Assembly: GCF_006345805.1 (NCBI RefSeq)
Contig: NC_043003.1
Location: forward strand, 90,520,001 to 90,584,000
Direction: 5' to 3'
DNA length: 64,000 nucleotides
Origin: Octopus sinensis
Lineage: Eukaryota
Every line of letters begins with the position of its first letter. Position 1 is the stretch's first letter. Both the position numbers and the translations under genes were made by a program. Under the pieces are notes generated by a model. It made no database searches. It was given only the letters and a program-made list of their open reading frames with translations, and was not told the DNA's origin. This document shows positions 40,928-54,739 of this stretch, piece by piece.

Positions 40928-41350
40928 CAAGGTGGCCCAAAAGTCACTAAGAGGGTTGCAATTTTTAATAATTCGTTTATTTTTTGATCTCTTTTTTTTT
41001 TTTTTAAGGATTTTATAGACTAGGTCCTGGAAATTAATAATGGAAAAATATTGCACTGCACAATGCACCAAAGTGATGAAATTGTTCTATCAAAATCAAG
41101 GGTCAATTATTCAAACCCAGAGAGCATATCATCGGCACTTTTAAGTGAGAGATGCCCCAAGTGAAAACACAATTAGGAATTTAGTTCATCATTTTGAAGG
41201 GGCAGTAAGTGATCTCCCACGATCTGGGAGACCTCACACTGTCAGAACTGATGAGGCAAGGGAACAAGTGCAAGAGAGTGTTGAACAGAATCTGGGCACA
41301 TTGACTTGAAGATGGTTCAAACAGCTTGGGATTTCACAGACTTGGCTGCT
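40928..41350 (+). mobile_element. Tc1/mariner-superfamily 5' fragment (TIR plus N-terminal DNA-binding region)
   Basis: TA|CAAGGTGGCCCAAAAGTCACT. ATG at 41040 gives MEKYCTAQCTKVMKLFYQNQGSIIQTQRAYHRHF*VRDAPSENTIRNLV..., then DLPRSGRPHTVRTDE...QLGISQT. Confidence 0.8.
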
Positions 41351-42929
41351 GGTGCCACACAGTGAAGCTTAACCTGGAATCATGTGGTTGGGAAACAAAC
41401 TTCTTACCATATGGCCATGCCTGCACCTGTTTTTTTAATCTTCTTATATATATTTAGACTTAGGATGTAGAAAATGGCTGTGCTTGATTTAAAAAATATT
41501 TCTTGTGTGGTTATGTGGTTTTATACATTTCTAAGTTTAAATTCCATCAGAGTTGATAAAATGGTTGAAGTAGATTGATTGCTATTTAAAAGTTTACTGA
41601 GTCAAGAGAAATCAATATCTGGTAACAAGTTGATGATTTATTTCTATTCTATATTAGGAGGGAGTTATTTGTTGCTAAAATTTGAGAGAAAGAAAAGCAT
41701 GGTGATATAAAAAGGGAGAGGAAGAGGGAAAAAAAAGAGAGGCAAGAAGAGAAAGTGAGAAAGAGAGAGGGTGGGGATAAAGATAAGAGATTATATAATA
41801 GTTTACAGATCATGTCTAAACTGGAAGCTCCACCCAAAGATGAAAATAAAAGAAATAAAAAACATGACCCACAAAAAAGTCCAAACATATTTTAGAGACT
41901 TGCAATACTGCAAAGTCACTCCCTAAATTTTTAGAATAGCTCAGTGTTATCCAAGACAGCCATTACCAGCCACTTACATTTCGTTTATTGGAAGCCAGTA
42001 GGAGTATGTGTACGGACATGTGTAAATATTTTAATTTGTACTTTGAATACTTTGCCCTGACAAATTATAAAGAATAATAATGTTTGTTTTACCCTTTCTT
42101 ATTTGTTTAGCCTATTTCCATGAAGTTCACACAATTACATATAATTCCTAAAGACTTCACATTGTCATAAAACTGATGTAGTACCTGTCAAAAATGACAG
42201 GGTATAATTTCTGTTCCCTTTCAGTTATTCATATTCTTATTATCTTCACTCAATCTCTGTCATTATTCTAACTCACTCACATACCTCATTATTTCCTCTC
42301 CTCTCTAGCTAATTTTTCTTTCACTTCTTTTTTTTGTCTTCCCCTCTTCTTTTCATTCTCTCTGCCTTCTTGTCCTACTTTTCTCTCTACTACATTACCT
42401 CTCTAGCTCACCTTCAAAATGCTAGAAATAGCATCCCCCACCCCCACTCAAACCCATCTTTCTTCAAGGAAAAAAGAAAGAAAAGAAAACAAGACATGTT
42501 GGATAATAATGTAATCCTTTCAGGGGTTTACTCAAAACAGCTTACCTGGAAGTAACAACAACAATACTGGAGGCCTATACTATTGCCCACAAAAAGAGAT
42601 GAAAGAAAAACATTGACTTTGGCAAGATTTGAAATCAGAATAGTACTACAATGTATTAAATATAGTGTTGTACTTTGTCAGACAGTTCATTTATTCATAC
42701 AATAAAACAAAAACTGAAATTTTAAATTTGTAGAGCCATTCAACCCATTTCAGCTTGAGTATCAAAATAAAGCTAAAGACAGTGAAACACTTGAAACTGG
42801 TGTTGTCTATTTAAACAGATTAAGCACTCAGCTATGAGCCTACTGCATACAGCAGAAACAGCTGTAAGCTAATGAAGTTCATAAGATAATAATTTATTCC
42901 TTTGTTATCTCATTTTCTTATTAATAGAT

Positions 42930-43317
42930 TGAGATATGTATAAAGTAAATAAACACATACAGAGATTGTAAAGAAAGCAGATGGAAAAAATGATAAAATA
43001 CAATCCCTTAGAATTTGAGATGTGAGGATTGAGGACATGAAATCTGTAAAGATTGTGCCTGTAATAATTAGTATATTAAGGATTACAAGTGATGAAATAG
43101 ACAAATGGACAAAGAGGATTGGAACAAGTGTCCTGTCAAGCTTCTATAGAAGGTTTGGCTCTGAGGAACAGGGAAGATCATCAGAAGGGGTTTGAGCACT
43201 TGATGGTTTACTGAAATTATGTGGATATCTAAGGTTTCAGGTAGTAACTTACTATCCACAAAGATTCTAAGAATAAGATCAATCTGGAGTCAAGATGAGG
43301 ATGATGATGACGATGAC

Positions 43318-43355
<38 letters not shown>

Positions 43356-43360
43356 TAATA
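42930..43360 (+). mobile_element. 3' end of an RLE-type (R4/Dong/Hero-like) non-LTR retrotransposon with (GAT)/(AAT)n tail
   Basis: EKMIKYNPL..., MKSVKIVPVIISIL...DKWTKRIG, LL*KVWL*GTGKIIRR match the K-Y-L / VPVVIG.LG / LLGT.RI.R C-terminus; ends in (AAT)n. Confidence 0.6.
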
Positions 43361-43454
43361 ATGGTTTCAAATTTTAACACAAGGCCAGCAATTTCAGGAG
43401 AGTTGGGTAAGTTGATTACATAAACTCCAGTGTTCAATTGGTACTTATTTTACC

Positions 43455-43880
43455 AACTGTGTGTACGAACCTTTTTAGTGTGTGTGTGGGGGGGGGTTGT
43501 GAATATATATATATATATATTTTTGGCGAATGGTGTGGGTGAGATTGTGTATGTTTCAAGTGAGGGTGGATGAGTGTATACTTATAGGCGCATGTACGTG
43601 GGTGTGTGGGCACGAATGTGTAGGTATGGACATGCATGCTTATGCGAATACTATGTACATTTTTACCCCCTTACTTTTACTTCCTCCCCTCACTTAGCGG
43701 TCATTCAAATAGTTCTTTTGTCTTAATAACGGTCAATCACACAGTAATTTCTCTTGGTTTAATGGTCATTTTCATAGCATTTTTTCCGACGGCTGGATAA
43801 CTGAAGAGATGGTAGTGTGGATTTCCACCCCGACATCCGAAACTCGGAATTTTATCATGGCTACTGAATAATTGTCACAT
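43455..43880 (+). mobile_element. Probable Penelope-like element end with hammerhead-like motif at 43796-43856
   Basis: CpG-retaining segment inserted next to a SINE, containing GATAA-CTGAAGA-GATG...CATC-C-GAAAC-TCGGAATT-TTATC. Confidence 0.45.
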
Positions 43881-43883
43881 ATT

Positions 43884-43886
43884 ACA

Positions 43887-43932
<46 letters not shown>

Positions 43933-44005
43933 TATATACACACACATATATATATATATATACACATATATATATATATATACACACACACATATATATA
44001 TATAT

Positions 44006-44050
<45 letters not shown>

Positions 44051-44495
44051 TATATATATACACACATATATATATATATATAAACACATATATATATATA
44101 TATATGCATATATATATATATATACACACACATATATATATATATACACACACATATATATATATATATACATACACACACACATATATATATATATACA
44201 CACACATATATATATATATATACATACACACACACATATATATATATACATACACACACACATATATATATATACATACACACACACATATATATATATA
44301 TATACACACACACATATATATATATATATACACACATATATAATATATATATACACACATATATATATATATATATATACACATATATATATATATATAT
44401 ACACACACACATATATATATATATATACACACACATATATATATATATATACACACATATATATATATATATATATATAACACACATATATATAT

Positions 44496-44534
<39 letters not shown>

Positions 44535-45113
44535 TATATATATAAACACACATATATATATATACACACATATATATATATACACACATATATATGTATA
44601 TATATATACACATATATATATACACATACACACATATATATATATATACATATATATATACACATACACACATATATATATATACATATATATATACACA
44701 TACATATATATATATATATACATATATATATACACATACATATATATATACATATATATATATACACATACATATATATACATATATATATACATATATA
44801 TACATATATATATACATATACATACATATATATATACATATACATACATATATATATACATACATATATATATACATATACATACATATATATATACATA
44901 TACATACATATACATATACATATACATACATATATATATACATATACATACATATATATATACATATATATATACATATACATACATATATATATACATA
45001 TACATACATATATATATACATATACATACATATATATATACATATACATACATATATATACATATACATACATATATATATATATATACATACATATATA
45101 TATATATACATAC

Positions 45114-45164
<51 letters not shown>

Positions 45165-45169
45165 CATAC

Positions 45170-45200
<31 letters not shown>

Positions 45201-45205
45201 CATAC

Positions 45206-45236
<31 letters not shown>

Positions 45237-45272
45237 CATATATATATATACATATATATATATACACACACA

Positions 45273-45304
<32 letters not shown>

Positions 45305-45409
45305 CACACACACATATATATATATACACACACATATATATATATATATACACACATATATATATATATACACACATATATATATATATACACACATATA
45401 TATATATAT

Positions 45410-45472
<63 letters not shown>

Positions 45473-45587
45473 TATATATATATACATATATATATACACA
45501 CACATATATATATATACATATATATATACACACACATATATATATATATATACATACACATATATATACACATATATATATATATAT

Positions 45588-45676
<89 letters not shown>

Positions 45677-45819
45677 CACATATATACACACACACATATA
45701 TATATATACACATATATATATATATATATACACACACACATATATATACACACACACACACATATATATATACACACACACACATATATATATACACACA
45801 CACACACATATATATATAT

Positions 45820-45866
<47 letters not shown>

Positions 45867-45945
45867 TATATATATACACACACACACACATATATATATA
45901 CACACACACATATATATATATATATATACACACACACATATATAC

Positions 45946-45976
<31 letters not shown>

Positions 45977-46375
45977 CATATATATATACATATATATATA
46001 CATATATATATATACACATATATATATACACACACATATATATATATACACACACATATATATATATATATACACACATATATATATACACACACATATA
46101 TATATATATATATACACACATATATATATACACACATATATATATACACACATATATATATATACACATATATATATATACACATATATATATATATACA
46201 CATATATATATACACATATATATATATATATACACATATATATACACATATATATATATATACACATATATATACACATATATATATATATACACATATA
46301 TATACACATATATATATATATACACATATATATATATACATATATATATACACACACATATATACATATATATAT

Positions 46376-46422
<47 letters not shown>

Positions 46423-46454
46423 TATATATATATACACATATATATATATGTATA

Positions 46455-46519
<65 letters not shown>

Positions 46520-46679
46520 ATACACACACACACACACATATATATATACACACACACACAGACACATATATACACACACACACATATATATACACACACA
46601 CACATATATATATACACACACACATATATATATACACACACACACATATATATATACACACACACACACATATATATAT

Positions 46680-46712
<33 letters not shown>

Positions 46713-46939
46713 TATATATATACACACACACACACACATATATATATATACACACACACACACATATATATACACACACACACACATATATATACACACA
46801 CACACACATATATATATACACACACACACACACACATATATATACACACACACATATATATATATATACACACACACACACATATATATATACACACACA
46901 CACACATATATATACACACACACACACATATATATATAT

Positions 46940-46973
<34 letters not shown>

Positions 46974-47050
46974 TATACATATACATTATATATACATATA
47001 TATTATACATACATATATATTATACATACATATATATTACATATACATAT
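43884..47050. repeat. About 3.2-kb compound (TA)n/(CA)n microsatellite array
   Basis: Almost pure purine-pyrimidine alternation; nearly no G on the + strand; source of the YI/TH/VC ORFs. Confidence 0.98.
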
Positions 47051-47529
47051 GCAAGCATGTATCTGATCATACACTGTTCGCTTTCCAGACATTTGTACAT
47101 TACTGCATATACTTTATACGCACTTTTGACAAGTTCTGGTGCACCTGAGCACTGTATACAATAATTTCATTATTATTTTATATATATACTATACATATAC
47201 ATGTATATATTATACATATACACACATATATATATACACTTCTTTCTATTCATGGGTTAGTATATGCATTCTACGTGTGCATAATGCATGTGCTTCTTGA
47301 TAAATATTTATGGAGTATCTTAAAAGAAAAAGAAAAGTTTGAGTAACACATGATAAACGAAAATGATAGATTTTTCTCCCCACCATTGCTAAATTTTGGG
47401 GGTAGGCTTGTTTAGATAGCAAATAAATGTGATTTATCATATATTTATCTAAGCAGGAATTTTCATGCAGAGATGCACTTCCTTAATATCTAATATCACA
47501 TTTGTATAAATTAGGTTACATAGATAGGA

Positions 47530-47570
47530 TGGGGCTCACCTGCAAAGAAAAAATAAATAAATAAATAAAA
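47530..47570 (-). other. Juxtaposed acceptor and donor (putative recursive splice site)
   Basis: ttttatttatttatttattttttctttgcag|gtgagc; junction between 47540 and 47539. Confidence 0.4.
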
Positions 47571-48477
47571 CCTTACAGGTATGAAACTTGAAGGATGTGG
47601 AAAACAGATGTATACAAAGACATTCTAAATACATTCCTCATCTGACTGATATGAAAACTTCATCTTTGAGTTTTTATTTTTCAAAACCCAAACATACAAG
47701 TAGAAACTACAACTATAACAACAAACATTTCAAGTCCATTTTCAGGCACAATGATGGTAACTGTACTCTGTACTCAGCATGATTATCTTTTTTCTCTTTC
47801 CAGCTGCAGTAGCCATGTATCGCCTCTGTAACCAAGACATCCATTCCTGTCTCTTTCACATAGTTTAAGCTCTCAACACCTGACATAAAGCCACCTCCCT
47901 CTCTACTACAACTCCACGTAGTTGAAGGGATTTTGACTTGTGAGTTCATATGCTGACCTCACTGGTGTTGGTGTAACTAGGGGGAGAAAAAAAAGAGCAC
48001 CAAGTGAGTACATTTTGTAAAGTGGCTGGTGTTAGGAAAAGCATCCAGCCACAGAAACTATGTCAAAATAGACACTGCAGCTCAATGCAGCCCTCTGGCT
48101 TATCAGACCCTGTTAAACAGTCCAATCCAACTGAAACCTGCTGATATCAAAGAATGATGATGATGATGCAATTCTTATCACTAACCCTTTCTGTCTTAAC
48201 TTATGACATACTGGGATAAAGGTGGGCTTATTCTAAAACATAAAGATATATATATATATATCATTGTTATTTATGTTAAACTGTTGTATGTCCAAATTTG
48301 GCCAAATTTCAATATTTATTTTTGCTTGCAATAGCTGGTTCTTTTGGTCAAATTATTGTATCTCCAGCTGCTTCAGATGTCAAAGTGTAGTACAATGGCT
48401 TTGCTATGGAATGGTAAAACTATTGTTTTGTTTTCTGAAAAAAGCAACATTTTGAACTTATGACACTTTTGCACAAT

Positions 48478-49320
48478 AGCAGAAGCCAGTATGCTCCGCT
48501 GGATGTGTAATGTCAGTGTGCATTCACGACAAAGTGTAAGCGCCTTGAAAGAAAAGTTCAACCTAAAAAGCATCAGTTGTGGTGTGCAAGAGAGACAACT
48601 GCGCTGGTATGGTCATGTGGTGCAAATGGATGAGGACAGCTGTGTGAAAAAGTGTCACACCCTAGCAGCTGAGGGAATCTGTGAAAGAGGTAGACCCAGG
48701 AAGACCTGGGATGAGGTGAAGCATGACCTTCGAACACTGGGCCTCACCAAGGCAATGATTAGTGACCAAGACCTTAGGAAATATGAGAAGACCCAGCAAG
48801 CCAAGTGAGACCATAACCCATGGACTATGCCAGTGGTGTAACCAGCCTACTTATGTGTACCTTTCTTTTGTCGGACACTAAACTTTGCTTGCAAAGACCT
48901 GTCGAGGCAAGTGAAATCACAATCAAAATCAAATTCACTGATGTGGCCAATGACAGCACCACCTGACTGGCACCTGTGCCAGAGGAAAGTTAAAGCACCA
49001 TCCGAGCATGATCGTTGCCAGGCTGGCTCTTGTGCTGGCTCCTGCTGACTGGCTCCTGTGCTGGTGGCACATAAACAGCACCATTCAAGCATGATCATTA
49101 CCAGTGTCACCCAACTGGCACTTGTGTCGATGGCATGTGAAAAACAACATTCAAGCAAGGTCGTTGCCAGTACTACTGGACTGGCTCCTGTGCAGGTGGC
49201 ACATAAAAAACATTTCAGCCAGTACTGCCTGACTGGCCCTCATGCCGGTGGCATGTAAAAAGCTCCCACTACACTCTCAGAGTGGTTGGCATTAGGAAGG
49301 GCATCCAGCTGTAGAAACCT
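48478..49320 (+). mobile_element. RTE LINE 3' fragment (least decayed copy) plus 3' UTR
   Basis: MLRWMCNVSVH...QERQLRWYGHVVQMDEDSCVKKC...RGRPRKTWDEV; the 3' UTR has repeated tggcac(a/g)taaa modules. Confidence 0.88.
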
Positions 49321-49324
49321 TGCC

Positions 49325-50195
49325 ACTTTTCATCTTGCAACAAAAAAAAAACCGGTCATTTTTCTTCTAGCATTGACTTAAGCCACTAAAGCTGTTCACA
49401 GTAGATCTCCTTTGTTATCGTTTGGTTTGTGTTTAAAAGTTCAAAGTGAACTAAACCTTTTACATCCCACCAAACAGATAACAATACCTTACATGGGTGA
49501 AGATCCTTTAGCCTGGGGTACTGGTGTTTCTCCTTTCCCCACCCAATGTCTTTGGCACTTGACATTTTTATAGAGAACCAATTTCTCATCACCAGTCACT
49601 ATTTCATCAAAAAATGGTTTATTCATGAGACGTGACAGCAAAGAAGAGCACACATTCACTCTCTGTGCATGATTAGACAAAAAAAACTTGAGAAAAACCC
49701 ATTGACCCAATTTGTTGACTTTTACGATGGCACACAGGTGTTAATGAATGGCTGGATGACCAAATCCAAGCTTGGAATTTTGTTCCACCAGGGATTGTAG
49801 GATGTCCTCGAGTTCTACAGATCTTCCAGGATGAGGCTTGTCTTCTATGCTATAGTTTCCAGCTCAGAATTTCTGGAACCACCGTTGACACTGGCTTATG
49901 CTTATTGTCTAATCCCGCATACTGCATTAATATTCCTTGCATTTTCCGTTGTGCTGTTGCCTTTATTGAACTCATAGAGCAAAATATGCCGAAAATGTTC
50001 CTTTGTCACTTCCATTATAGCTTTGAAATAAAATAACTGTTAAAATCAAACTGCACTCTTCAAAACTTACACTAAGAATAAGCACAAGGTAAAATTACTA
50101 CCTGCCTTTATAACAAGTTGATGCAGGTAGTTTATCCTGTCCCTTTCTAACTTTTAGTTCATGCAATTGAAAAAAAACACATTACTTATGGGATG

Positions 50196-50201
<6 letters not shown>
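49325..50201 (-). mobile_element. Mariner transposon, 5' TIR plus truncated transposase pseudogene
   Basis: TIR TAGGGTCATCCCATAAG abuts (TA)n. ATG at 50015 gives MEVTKEHFRHILLYEFNKG...QRWFQKF...GRSVE; then GQWV...IVTGDEK...LHPCKVLLSVWWD...YCEQL. Confidence 0.92.
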
Positions 50202-50257
<56 letters not shown>

Positions 50258-50598
50258 ATGTGTGTGTGTATTTTTGTTTGTCTCCCACCAATGCCTGACA
50301 ACTCATGTTGATGTCTTTATGTCCTTAACTTAGCAGTTTGGCAAAAAAAGACTGATAGAATAAGTACCAGGCTTTAAAAGAAAAAAAAGTATTGGAGTTG
50401 ATTCATTCAACTAAAATTCTTCAGGGTGGTGATCCCCACCACGACGACCACCACCACCATGGCAGTGGTCCAATGACTAAATCAGGTAAAAGATAAAAGA
50501 TGCAGAGAAATTGAAAACATTTGTTATAATAATGATAATCCTGTCTACTAATGGCACAAGGCCTGAAATTTGGGGGGGAGGGGACAAGTCAGTTACAT

Positions 50599-50784
50599 CA
50601 GTGCTCCAGCACCTTTTTTCCGCTTGCAGTACACCTGGATATTTCCAAAATTCAGCAGTACACCTGAACTAAAAATATAACTAAAGGTATGTAGAAAAAA
50701 ATTATATTCAGGCTACACTGCAGCACAAGTAGCGTTGTCTCGTGGCATACCAGTGTGCCAGAGAATACTGGTTGTGGAGCATTG
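50599..50784. mobile_element. hAT-type MITE (186 bp) nested in a SINE
   Basis: TIRs cagtgctccagcacc / ggttgtggagcattg; 8-bp flanks agttacat / gattacat form a degenerate TSD. Confidence 0.75.
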
Positions 50785-53618
50785 GATTACATCAACCTCA
50801 GTATTTCAGTGGTACTTAATTTATTGACCGTGAAAGGATGAATGGTAAAGTCGACCATGGCAGAATTTGAATTCAGAATGGTAAAGACGGGCGAAATGCC
50901 AGCAAGCATTTTGTGCAGCAGAATAATAATCCTTTTTTACTCTAGGCTCAAGGCCTGAAATTTTTTTGGGGGGGGGGGGCAAGTCGATTACATCGACCCC
51001 AGTGTGTAACTGGTACCTATTTCAACGACCCTGAATGAATGAATGGCAAAGTCTGTATACAGTGTTCAGATACACTATAACTTGTCGGAAATGGTTTTAA
51101 AAGGACAGAAAGTAGGCATAAGTTAAGTAAAGAAAGACTACAACCGAAAGTACACAGACTAAAAGACAGAAAGACTAACAATAAATAAAGAGGAAAGGGT
51201 AAGGTTTATGAATTTACAATAAGATTAATAGTTTAAGTAAATTAGCTTGAGAAAGAACGAAAATAGAAAATAATATACTCAGCTAAGAACTAAGATACAA
51301 TTTAAAGTGTAACTATATTCAAATTTGTGAAGAGAGATTATTACGAGAACAAAACAAAGAGTCGCTTAGGGGTTATCTCCCTTGCATCGGTGACAGGCTG
51401 TCTTTTAAAAGTCAAACTACTCCATTAAACATTCATTTTTACTCCAAAATGAAATAAAACCATTTCAAAATTCGTCGGGCATAGGTTTTAAAAAATTATT
51501 ACTAGTAAAATGTGATATGATTATTAATATCATCATATTGCCAAACATTAAGTTTTAGGATAAGCGAGTATTATATTTCTATCTTTTATACTTCTACGTT
51601 AATTCACCCTAGACATTTTTTATCAGCAGGTGAACTTGACATGATAAAAATATACACTCTACTACTTATCTAACAAGTACATAAAAACCAATAAATATAT
51701 TTATCTAATCATACGAAGAAAATAATGCGAGAAATGTTTACTGTTTTGATTAAATTCAGTTAAAAGAATTATGTAAGAGCACACGTCTTCAAAAGACCTT
51801 GCACCTTAGATATACACATTTCAGCAAATGCTGCAAGTGACTGGTCACAGGAGATGGGATGCACAGTGACTGTCTTGTATGACTGAACGTTGTGGCATTG
51901 CCTGCAGTGGAAACAAGCAAAGTGGGGTTACCATTTTGCAGAGGTTTGAGGAAAAGATTTGGCCAACGGTGGCACGTAAAAAGTACCAGCTGATCGTGGA
52001 CATTGGTAGCCTCCTCTGGCTCTTGTGCCAGTGACATGTAAAAAGCACCCACTACACTCACAGAGTGGTTGGCATTAGGAAGAGCATCCAGCTGTAGAAA
52101 CACTGCCTGATCAGACTGGTGCCTGGTGCAGCCTCCTGGCTTTTCAGACCCCGGTTGAACTGTCCAACCCATGCTAGCATGGAAAATGGATGTTTAACGA
52201 AGATGATGATGATGCAGATTGAGTGACTTTGTGGCAGCTTCCATTTTAAATTAATTTGTCTTCTTGTTTAAGCTTAGGCCAACCCTGGTCAAGCAGATCC
52301 ATGATTAAAATCATTCTTTCTATTATCACTCTGTCTTTTTTTCCTAAGCACAGCATATCAAAGGGTACATTATATAGTAGAGCCTTTTCAAAGATGGTAG
52401 GGTGCAGTTTAATTGTTATTTCTAGCAAGTCGTGTGCCTGTATAAAGACACCGCATCTTTGATCCACATTTCTTTTTATATTTTTAAAAAAATTTTGTCA
52501 TAATATACAGGAAATTTTAAAACCATCCATTTATGCAGAATCTATTGTTAAGAACAATTTCCTCTTAGATTTGTTAGCTCCATGTAGACCTGTTGGGAAA
52601 AATTATCTAAGGTTACATAAGAGATGAAAATCTAACCCAACTGACATAAGATCTTTTAATTCAAAACTGCAAAATACACCAAATCTCATTTTGTAAAATA
52701 TCAAATCTATTGCCTTGTCAGCGTGTCATTGTCATTATTATCCCCCCCCCCCTCATCCACATCATCGCATGATTATTAGCATTATTGTTAAAACTGTTAT
52801 CACAGGAATCTGAATGCTAAAATGGTTAAATGAAATTTTGCAGAGATAGGTTTTCAATGGAGAATATTGTGATTATATTGATAAAATTTAGAAATATAAT
52901 AACATATTTATAGCAAAACTACAAAATGAGAAATTCATTTTATTTAATTTCATTTTAAGGTAATAACTATTTTCTTTTGAAAATAAAGTATTTATTTCAT
53001 CATTTAGTATAAGCACTAAGAAATCTGATAAAAGTTGATAGTACGTATGCCATATTTCTTAAAATTACCAATGGTTGCAAAAATATATTTCCAAATTTAC
53101 ACATCATATCATAAGTGACACTCTAGTTATTTAACAATGGTTTCTGATTTAGGCATAAGGCCTAAATCACAAGGATAGGCAGTTTAGTCAATACCATCAA
53201 CTACAATACTTGACTGATAGTTTATTTTATAAAAGCTGAAAGGATAAAAGGCAAAAGCGATCCCTGTAGGATTGCAAGTTATGTTTCCTGATATTCTAAA
53301 AATTCTGGCAGCTCTTCATTCAGTTATATTATTAAATGATAGTTGGAAAATGCCTCAACAACACCCAATTTCAACTAAGCTACTCAATTATGATAATATC
53401 ATTATCTATATATCAAAGGTAAAAATAAAGCCGCTACAGTGCTGCACTAAATATCTACATTCTAAGTTCAAATTTATGCTAGGATAAAGTTTGTTATTTT
53501 ATTCCTCTGGGGTTGATAAAAAGAATCATACCATAAGACTCAATTTAATCAACTTTAAAAAAAAAGAGCTTCATGTAAATAAGAAATTAAAAATGAAATA
53601 TATTTTATTTAATGTTTA

Positions 53619-53835
53619 AGGTTGCGAGCGGGCAGAATTGTTAGCAAGCCGGGCAAAATGCATAGTGGCATTTTGTCCAACTTTATATTCTGAGTTCAAA
53701 TTCAGCCAAGGTCATCTTGTTTTTCATCCTTTCAGGGTTAATAAAATAAGTACCAGTTGAATACTGGGGGTTGATGTAACTGACTTACCCCTCCTCTAAA
53801 ATTGCTGGCCCTGTTTCAAAGTTTGATACCAATAT
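53619..53835 (+). mobile_element. tRNA-derived SINE, family 3 (representative); many copies, e.g. 45-240, 20250-20430, 29050-29270, 29810-30085, 50545-51050
   Basis: gcgag.tggcagaat.gttagc...gagttcaaattc...gactttgcctttcatcctttc.gggt.gataaaataagtaccag core recurs many times. Confidence 0.8.
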
Positions 53836-54739
53836 TCTATTTAATGTTTGGAAGGTATTCAAGGAACTTGTTGGGAAGCCCTGCTGACCTTTGCTCCAGC
53901 TGGTACTGAGATAGCAAAATGAATTACGCACATTTCCAGTATTTCTGGAGTATATTGTTCTGAGATTTAAGTTAAAAAAACAGGCATGAGGATTTGTTGA
54001 GAAATTTAGCTGCTGTACGAAGTAAAAGTGCAGATATACAGAATCTTCCCTATTTGGCTCAAAAAAAAAAAAAAAAATATTGACAACACAGGGATCCTGT
54101 GTATAGAGAGATGGAAAGAAACACTAGAAGAGAGATACACAGAGAGTTAACAGAAGACATGTAGGATGAGTGTGTGTATGTGTTAGTGCCTTTGTTTTGA
54201 CATCATGTAATAGTTGTAAATGAATGCTAGTGTCATTCAAGTGGTGTTGTTTATTTCCAATACTTTCTCAAAACATGTCTTGCCATGGGGAAATATTACC
54301 GTGAGTGGAAACAGGTGAGGGTTGACAATGGGAAGGACCAGATGCCCTTCCTGTTGCAGAAAATCTGCTTCAAGAAAATCCATCTGACCCATGTAAGCAC
54401 AGAAAGGTGGGTGTTAAAAACAATGAAAATGATGATGAGGAGGAAAAGAATACATTCACCACTGATATTTACTACTATTTAAAAAAGGGAGAAAATTTGA
54501 TAGAAACAAAACAGTGCCAGACTTGATGTGTTACAATACTTAACCTTGGTATTATCAATTTTAAGCTCAAAATACTACTGGGGCTAACTATGTTTCAACC
54601 CTTTTGGAAAAGGAATTCACTTAAATACTTTCTGGAGTCAAATAATCTGACTATAAGCATTCTCATACAAAATGTGACCAAGCATAGAACTGAGTGACCT
54701 CAAGAGAAGGCAGGATTCTGGTATTGTCAAGGAAATGGC

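Noticed and set aside
4205-41270. Other CTGATGA/TCATCAG heptamers (about 4215, 11463, 28375, 32090, 37208, 41250)
   Set aside because: No helix II followed by GAAA and no cleavage triplet; not hammerheads.
43772-47164. Very long ORFs of 856-1042 aa (YI/VC/TH repeats)
   Set aside because: They are translations of a dinucleotide array that cannot contain stop codons in those frames.
47128-51090. Possible TIR pair enclosing a 3.9-kb element
   Set aside because: The two matching termini face outward, the wrong orientation for one element.
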